Positions 26,656 through 32,000 of a stretch of 32,000 nt of DNA are shown here, in pieces. The stretch is from Halomicronema hongdechloris C2206 (GTDB lineage Bacteria > Cyanobacteriota > Cyanobacteriia > Phormidesmidales > Phormidesmidaceae), in contig NZ_CP021983.2 of assembly GCF_002075285.3 (NCBI RefSeq), positions 2,430,001 to 2,462,000 on the forward strand, in the 5' to 3' direction. Every line of letters starts with the position of its first letter. The first letter of the stretch is position 1. Below the pieces are notes generated by a model that saw only the letters and a program-made list of their open reading frames with translations, searched no databases and was not told where the DNA came from. A program made the translations under genes and the position numbers.

Positions 26656-26696
26656 ACCGACAGAGCTGCCTAAGACAACTCTGTCGGTCAGTTTTT
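26656..26696 (+). terminator. Rho-independent terminator after the transketolase-family gene
   Basis: ACCGACAGAG (26656..26665) and CTCTGTCGGT (26679..26688) form a perfect 10-bp stem with a 13-nt loop, followed by CAGTTTTTGG. It lies 40 nt after the stop codon. Confidence 0.65.
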
Positions 26697-26856
26697 GGAG
26701 TGTTTCTACCGACATTCCGCAGGTTGACAGTCTTGTTTTTGATGTGCATGGCAAATACCAATAATCGAAACTCTGCTAGCCGAAGGCGCCATCTCCGAGA
26801 CAGTGGCTCGGGATCTCAGGTGCTCCCTGCAGCTTCTGGTCACCAGCTAGGACCCT

Positions 26857-27567
26857 CTACCAATCCGACATCGGCGGTTCAGCCGCAACCAAATAGTCAA
26901 AGTTCCCCTCGCCAACGCTCTGAGTCAGGCAGGCAATGACGTGTTGAGGGTCATCATAGGGACCACTGATATAGTATGGTTTGCCATCGCGGCCAAAGGA
27001 CAATGCGGGAAGGGGCTGTTCCGGAACTCCCAGATGGCTGCGGGCTTGTTCAAAACCAGGGTGAGGAGCGAGGCCCAATCGCGCTGCGTAGTCTACGGCT
27101 CCTAACACGACGGCTTGGGCTTGGGCTAAGGAAATAACCCGAGACGACTGATGGAAATTGTCGTAGGCTTTTTCCACCATAGCGGTGTATTGGGTCTGAT
27201 TCAGTCGTTGGGGCCCCATGGCGTCTTTAACGCCCAGACACCAATAGTCCACTAAGTAGCTAGCCACAAGGTATCGCATCCCCTCTCGCCGGACGACGAA
27301 CACCTGTGCTAACCCGCCCACACCATCCTCTATCGAGGCTTCGGGAGATGGATCCAGTAACTGTTGGGCGGCATGTTCATTGATCAAACACTGTTCCAAG
27401 GGAGGCAATTCACCTCTGGCAATGCGGTCTTGGGTAGTGGCTTTAGCTTGGGCCTGAATCACTGCTTTGACCTCGGCGGGGCGCAGGCCGAGATTTCGAG
27501 CAATCTGCTTGGGAGAGAGCTGCCGCTGCCGCAGCTCGGCAATATGCTGTTCTTGCTCAGGGGTCAT
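26857..27567 (-). CDS. hypothetical protein with N-terminal HTH-like segment
   Basis: 236 aa. MTPEQEQHIAELRQRQLSPKQIARNLGLRPAEVKAVI looks like a short HTH. The rest is unrecognised. It starts 12 nt after the stop of the upstream TonB-like gene. Confidence 0.5.
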   Translation of the reverse strand: MTPEQEQHIAELRQRQLSPKQIARNLGLRPAEVKAVIQAQAKATTQDRIARGELPPLEQCLINEHAAQQLLDPSPEASIEDGVGGLAQVFVVRREGMRYLVASYLVDYWCLGVKDAMGPQRLNQTQYTAMVEKAYDNFHQSSRVISLAQAQAVVLGAVDYAARLGLAPHPGFEQARSHLGVPEQPLPALSFGRDGKPYYISGPYDDPQHVIACLTQSVGEGNFDYLVAAEPPMSDW

Positions 27568-27579
27568 GGTCTCGCAACA

Positions 27580-28725
27580 TTATTCTGACGTTTGGGACTC
27601 TAAGATCTTGTTGGGATCAACACAGTCCTCTGTCTCCGGGCTCATCTGAAACTCAAACAGATAAGCCGTGTAATCTTCAATATCAGAATACTCCTGTTCC
27701 GCCACAAAGGCTTGCACCCGCTCATTCAAGAAAGGATAGCCGGTGCTCTTGAGAATTTGAGGCTGATCGACGATCTCTCCCCCTGGAGCCACCAAGACCC
27801 CGACCAAGCCATCATGGGGATCCTGGGACAGGCAGACCCGGCGGGAGTAGGTGATGGACACTTCAATCGGTTCGGCGGGCTGCAACTCTGGTTGGTCGGC
27901 AGCGTCCCGCACAGCTTGGGTCCAGTCCTCTAGGGCTGCCTCAACCTCAGCCTCAGCGGTGCCGTCAGGGCTGTAGTTATAGCGCTGAAGTTTACTAATG
28001 AGCGCTTCTGGATTGCCCTGGGCTGGGGTCTCTGTGGCCGGGGTAGAGGTAGAACCAGAAGTGCCCTGGCGAGAGCGACTCTGATGGCTGCCGGCGGCGA
28101 CAGTGCCATCGAGATCTCTGGCTCGACCAGATGGGCTAGCGGTCCCAGGGGTCTGCCTGGGAGTGGGAGTGGGGGTCGAAGCGGGGGGCCTAGTTGTGGC
28201 TGGCGGAGTCCTTGGGCCTGGGGACGGGGTCTCTGTTGCCGGTGGTGTCGACGGGGACTGTCCAGGGGCAGGGGTGGTAGGGACAGGGGTCTCGGAATAG
28301 GGCGCAATACCAATGTCGAAGGGACTCGGCGGTGGCCAGTCTGATCCCCCCAGGGGAGAGGAGTCCTGGCGTAGTGGAGTAGACGGGGTATCTACACCAT
28401 TACCATTGTTTGGATCCGAGAATAGAGAGTAGGGGTCACCCTGCTCAAAGGCCTCTAGACCCAGCCCCGGCATGAGGCTGTTGTTGGTGGCAAAGGCGGG
28501 GAGATTGGCCTGTTCCTCTGGGGTCAGTTCAATCAACGGTACCGTCCGTTCGGCCCGGTCAACTGTATCGTCTGCAGAGGCTAAGCTGAGGCTGGACACC
28601 GAAGGGCCTACGGCGAATAGCACGCCATGAACAGTGACTGATACAGCCGCCGCAATCCACTGCGGCTGCGCTAATGCTTTTAACCAAGGCAAACTTGACC
28701 CGATTGTTGCCATATGCGATCGCAC
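27580..28725 (-). CDS. TonB-like energy-transducer family protein
   Basis: N-terminal anchor (WIAAAVSVTVHGVLFAV), a long Pro/Thr-rich spacer (TPPATETPSPGPRTPPATTRPPASTPTPTP) and a C-terminal domain GLVGVLVAPGGEIVDQPQILKSTGYPFLNERVQAFV resembling the TonB C-terminal fold pattern. The start is either GTG at 28725 or ATG at 28713. Confidence 0.5.
   Translation of the reverse strand: MRSHMATIGSSLPWLKALAQPQWIAAAVSVTVHGVLFAVGPSVSSLSLASADDTVDRAERTVPLIELTPEEQANLPAFATNNSLMPGLGLEAFEQGDPYSLFSDPNNGNGVDTPSTPLRQDSSPLGGSDWPPPSPFDIGIAPYSETPVPTTPAPGQSPSTPPATETPSPGPRTPPATTRPPASTPTPTPRQTPGTASPSGRARDLDGTVAAGSHQSRSRQGTSGSTSTPATETPAQGNPEALISKLQRYNYSPDGTAEAEVEAALEDWTQAVRDAADQPELQPAEPIEVSITYSRRVCLSQDPHDGLVGVLVAPGGEIVDQPQILKSTGYPFLNERVQAFVAEQEYSDIEDYTAYLFEFQMSPETEDCVDPNKILESQTSE
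28716..28723. repeat. HIP1 octamer GCGATCGC
   Basis: Exact palindromic octamer read at this position. Confidence 0.95.
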
Positions 28726-28787
28726 CGACTCCTCACTACATACGACGTTAACCGTGGCAAACAGTGCCCATTTGCCCCGATCTCCAT

Positions 28788-29536
28788 CTAGCCTAGCGAA
28801 TTCGCAGCCACCTGAATAATCATCACGGAAAAATAAGACAATTCCAAGTTGGGATGATGCTGTAAATCGGTATAGATCAGCTGATCCGGCCAGGTAACAT
28901 GCTGCACCACATAGCTACAGGACAACAGGCCTCGCTGCTGCAACACTGACCATACCTGGGGATAGACTGAACTGACCTTCATCAGCACCACCGCCTCAGC
29001 CCAGTCCAGAACCCGCTCTAATTCCGCTACCCGATACAGGGCAGGCAATACAGCTAACCGCTGAGATTGAATAGTCAGCGGGATACCCAATACCGCGGCA
29101 GTTGCGAGGGGCGAACACACCCCCGGTACCACCTCAACAGACACCTGGGGATGCCATGTCAACAAAGTCTGGGCCAAATAGGTGAAGGTGCTGTAAAAGC
29201 TGACATCTCCCTCCGAGGCAAACACCACATCATCGCCCCGCCGCAGATATCCCCAGACCTGTGCCGCCGCCTCTTGCCACGCAGACTGCCGCTGTCCTCG
29301 ATCTTGGCTAAAGCTGAAGCTCAGGGGTAGCTGCTGTTGCTCTGACCGCAACCACGGCATCAGGGTCCGTTGAGCCACCCCCAACCCATCATGCCCCGCG
29401 GGAAAGGCCACCACCGGGCTAGCCTGCAACCGGCGCAGGGGGCTTTTACCGTGATCAATTCCGGGTCCCCCGGTCCCACCCCAATGCCGTAGAGTCGCCC
29501 CAGGGGAGTTACTACGTCAGCATCAGATGGTGCCAT
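28788..29536 (-). pseudogene. cobI: precorrin-2 C20-methyltransferase (CobI/CbiL) interrupted by a frameshift in a homopolymer
   Basis: The ATG at 29536 opens MAPSDADVVTPLGRLYGIGVGPGDPELITVKAP, the conserved N-terminus of the family. The remainder, LRRLQASPVVAFPAG...SFYSTFTYLAQTL...VPGVCSPLATAAVLGIPLT, continues in another frame (track ORF 28788..29429). The switch is at the G5 run 29438..29442 (C5 on the coding strand). Confidence 0.8.
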
Positions 29537-31590
29537 CACCCCTCTTCAGATTCCGATTGGGCCTCTGGTTCTGGCTGGGCCTCAGATGGTTCCCCAGCGG
29601 GAGAGGAGGGGGTGCGCCCATTGGGCGAGTCCTGGTCAAGGGCCATAGCGCCATCTGCAGAACTAGTGGCAGTCGGGGGCGGCGGGGGCGGCGGTTCCAC
29701 CATCGGCGATGGCATCGGCACTTCCTCTACCGTGGGGAGGGTTTCCAGGGTGAGCTTGGTGGGTTGATTGCCACCAGACAACCGTTTCAACAACTTGGGT
29801 TTAGGATCATGCAGCAGGTAAATGATGCGATCCCCCACTTGCCAAGTATCCTCTGCCAAGGCTACCCGCAGCCGATTATCACGCTCCACTAGCAAAGGGA
29901 CCAGTTCCTTACTGCGAATTAACGCCTTCAAATGAGCCTGCTGGAACAGCGTGCCCTCTGAGCGTAGGCGAGTTTCCCCTAGGCGCACGGCCCCATCTCG
30001 AATGTAGTTATTCCAGGTTTTGAGGGAAATTTGTGGTGTCAGGGCCGGTTGCACCCGAGATTTACTGGGCAGGGTCTCTGGCGACTTATCTTTCGGGAAA
30101 ACAGCCAGAACCCGAGGCGGCTGAAATTCTTCCAGGGCTTTCTGGGCAATGACCGCATTCACCTCACCGTTATTGGTCATGGCCAACAGCGTTCCCGCCG
30201 ACGCTAGGCCAGCTTCCTCTAACACATTGACATCGAGGGCACTGCTGAGGAAAACCTTGAGATTTTCCTGCTCAGCTTGTTGACAGGCTTCCTCATCGGT
30301 ATCGATTAACACCACCGATTCTCCATGTTCTTTATAGAGCCGGGCAATCAACAGGCTGAGAGGATTACAGCCCACAACGACAGCGCCACTAGACTGGCTA
30401 GAGGTGAGTCTTAGCAGTTGAGCTACCCACCGAGCCGATAGCCCCTGCACCAGCACCGTCAGAATAATCGTTAAAAATACTAGGGCTTTAATGGCATCGC
30501 CCCCGCTGATGCCATTGTCTGTCAGCAAAATCCCAAACAATGAGGCCACCGAGGCCGAGACAATGCCGCGGGGAGCAATCCAACTCAAAAATGTTTTTTG
30601 ACGCCAGTCCAGATCACTATCACGGGTGCAGAGCCAAATATTCAGAGGCCGTACAATCAGCATCAACACCAGCACCGTCAGCAGCGCCCCTCGCCCCAGG
30701 GCAAACACACTGGCGATGGAGAGATCGGCGGCCAACAACACAAACAACACCGATACTGCCAGAATCGTGAGCTGTCCCTTAAAGCGCCGCAGCAACCGTT
30801 CATCTGGAACCGAGAGGGCGCGCACCACAATGCCGGCCACCACCGCCGCCATCAGACCAGACTCGCTGCGAATGTTCTGGGCCAGACCAAATAGTCCCCA
30901 TAACCCCGCTAAGACCACCAAGTTGCGGAGTTCTTCTGAGAGAAAGTCAGCCCGCTTCAAAAATAGACCAATGATGGCCCCACCCAGAGCACCGATGGCA
31001 GCTCCAATCCCTAAGCGGATTAACAGACCACTGACCACAGAGATAGGAGCTGCATCTCCATTCAGAATAATATCTAGGACCACCACTGCCAGGATGGCCC
31101 CCACCGGGTCGATGAGGACCCCTTCTCCTTCCAACAGGGCGGCCACCTTGCGATCGACCTTGACTTGGCGGAGTAGGGGGTTGATGACGGTGGGACCGGT
31201 AACAACGACCAGAGAGGCATAGAGAAAGGCCAGGGGCCAGGGGAACTCTCCCAACCAGTGAGCAGCCATGCCGCCGCCGATTAAGGTTACGAAAATGCCT
31301 GTGGTGACTAGGTTTCGCAGACTAGTGGAGACCTGCCCCAGGTCTTTCAGTTCTAAGCTCAGCCCCCCTTCAAACAGGATCAAGGCCACACTGAGGGCGA
31401 CCATCACCTCTAAGCCAATGCCCAACGATTGGGGGTGCAGCCAGTCTAAGACATCAGGTCCCAGGCCAATGCCAAATAGCAGTAGAAAAATAATGCTGGG
31501 CACTTTGAAGTACTCAGCAATGACCTGGGCGGAAATTCCTGCCAGGACTGTCAGAACGATCTGTAACGTGACCTCAAAGGGAGCGTCCAT
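29536..31590 (-). CDS. cation:proton antiporter (CPA1/NhaP-like) with C-terminal RCK (TrkA-N + TrkA-C) domains
   Basis: About 400 aa of polytopic membrane domain (VPSIIFLLLFGIGLGPDVL..., EGGLSL, APRGIVSASVASLF). Then a Rossmann-like segment GAVVVGCNPLSLLIARLYKEHGESVVLIDTD and a TrkA-C-like segment. Pro-rich C-terminal tail. Its stop TGA overlaps the cobI ATG (TGATG). Confidence 0.85.
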   Translation of the reverse strand: MDAPFEVTLQIVLTVLAGISAQVIAEYFKVPSIIFLLLFGIGLGPDVLDWLHPQSLGIGLEVMVALSVALILFEGGLSLELKDLGQVSTSLRNLVTTGIFVTLIGGGMAAHWLGEFPWPLAFLYASLVVVTGPTVINPLLRQVKVDRKVAALLEGEGVLIDPVGAILAVVVLDIILNGDAAPISVVSGLLIRLGIGAAIGALGGAIIGLFLKRADFLSEELRNLVVLAGLWGLFGLAQNIRSESGLMAAVVAGIVVRALSVPDERLLRRFKGQLTILAVSVLFVLLAADLSIASVFALGRGALLTVLVLMLIVRPLNIWLCTRDSDLDWRQKTFLSWIAPRGIVSASVASLFGILLTDNGISGGDAIKALVFLTIILTVLVQGLSARWVAQLLRLTSSQSSGAVVVGCNPLSLLIARLYKEHGESVVLIDTDEEACQQAEQENLKVFLSSALDVNVLEEAGLASAGTLLAMTNNGEVNAVIAQKALEEFQPPRVLAVFPKDKSPETLPSKSRVQPALTPQISLKTWNNYIRDGAVRLGETRLRSEGTLFQQAHLKALIRSKELVPLLVERDNRLRVALAEDTWQVGDRIIYLLHDPKPKLLKRLSGGNQPTKLTLETLPTVEEVPMPSPMVEPPPPPPPTATSSADGAMALDQDSPNGRTPSSPAGEPSEAQPEPEAQSESEEG

Positions 31591-32000
31591 AAGGCAGCAC
31601 AGCTAGTTGGCCGTCCCCACACTATCTAGAGAACTACGACAGCGTGGCACCCAGGGTTATGATGGCGTGGAACTGTGCACTTGAGAGCAACTGGGTCTAC
31701 CGGTAAAGTCGCTCAATGTCATCGGTTACCCTTTAGGGTAACGCGCTAAGCTCAAGGCAGCAGACTAGCCAAGAGCAACCGGCGATTCTGTCTAGAATAC
31801 CACTCTGCTTGAAGCAGACTGATGAACCCCGATGGCATACGAGGGAAGGGGGGGCGTGGCAGGATGGGGAGATGGAGAGTTATCGGTAAATAGATAGAAT
31901 AACTGCTCTACTGTGAGACATGGGGTGTGAGACATGGGGATAGGGAGATGACAGGCCCCACACGCCAGAGAGTTTAGCTCAATACTTCATCATAGGATTC

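Noticed and set aside
31804-31818. Near-palindrome TCTGCTT-g-AAGCAGA and hairpin GTTACCC-ttta-GGGTAAC (31725..31742) upstream of the antiporter operon
   Set aside because: These could be an operator and a leader hairpin. With no defined promoter, no known cognate regulator and no second copy, they are not distinguishable from chance.
31912-31939. Perfect tandem duplication of the 14-mer TGTGAGACATGGGG near the right edge, within a G-rich stretch
   Set aside because: There are only two copies, in non-coding DNA whose downstream context is outside the window. No CRISPR-like spacing and no flanking inverted repeats. Probably a simple slippage duplication.
1-32000. Search for tRNA/rRNA/tmRNA-like sequence, CRISPR arrays, IS elements/transposases, integrases, toxin-antitoxin pairs and known defence-system signatures
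   Set aside because: I found none. No GGTTCGAATCC-type T-arm context, no regularly spaced direct repeats, and no ORF with transposase, integrase, nuclease or ATPase motifs that I could recognise. The only clearly accessory module is the chaperone-usher locus.

Overview
This window looks like a chromosomal segment of a cyanobacterium. Support for that: 12 exact copies of the HIP1 octamer GCGATCGC, genes for orange-carotenoid-protein domain homologs, and cyanobacterial-type conserved membrane proteins. Most of the window is housekeeping: a partial HlyD-type adaptor, pyrH-frr, a fused hydantoinase/5-oxoprolinase, TldD, trpD, hisS, a transketolase-family gene and an RCK-gated cation/proton antiporter. 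The clearly accessory part is a five-gene minus-strand locus (2580..8602). It encodes three signal-peptide-bearing pilin-like subunits, a PapD-like periplasmic chaperone and an outer-membrane usher, which together make a chaperone-usher (archaic/sigma-like) surface-fibre system. The usher is unusual. It carries a roughly 275-aa Pro/Ser/Thr/Ala/acidic N-terminal extension with no recognisable Sec signal and an internal C9 homopolymer. The middle subunit gene is much more AT-rich than its neighbours. A terminator-like hairpin follows the first pilin gene, and a 570-bp AT-rich leader precedes it. Other points of interest: an adjacent, translationally coupled HCP + CTDH pair (a split orange carotenoid protein); a cobI/cbiL gene broken by a homopolymer frameshift; an apparent compensated double frameshift near the 5' end of the oxoprolinase gene; a small PedR-like LuxR regulator with a C-terminal Cys cluster; and a 650-aa acidic modular orphan. 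I found no tRNA, rRNA, CRISPR array, IS element or recognisable defence genes. All family assignments come from reading motifs by eye and recalling family consensus sequences. No database search was run.
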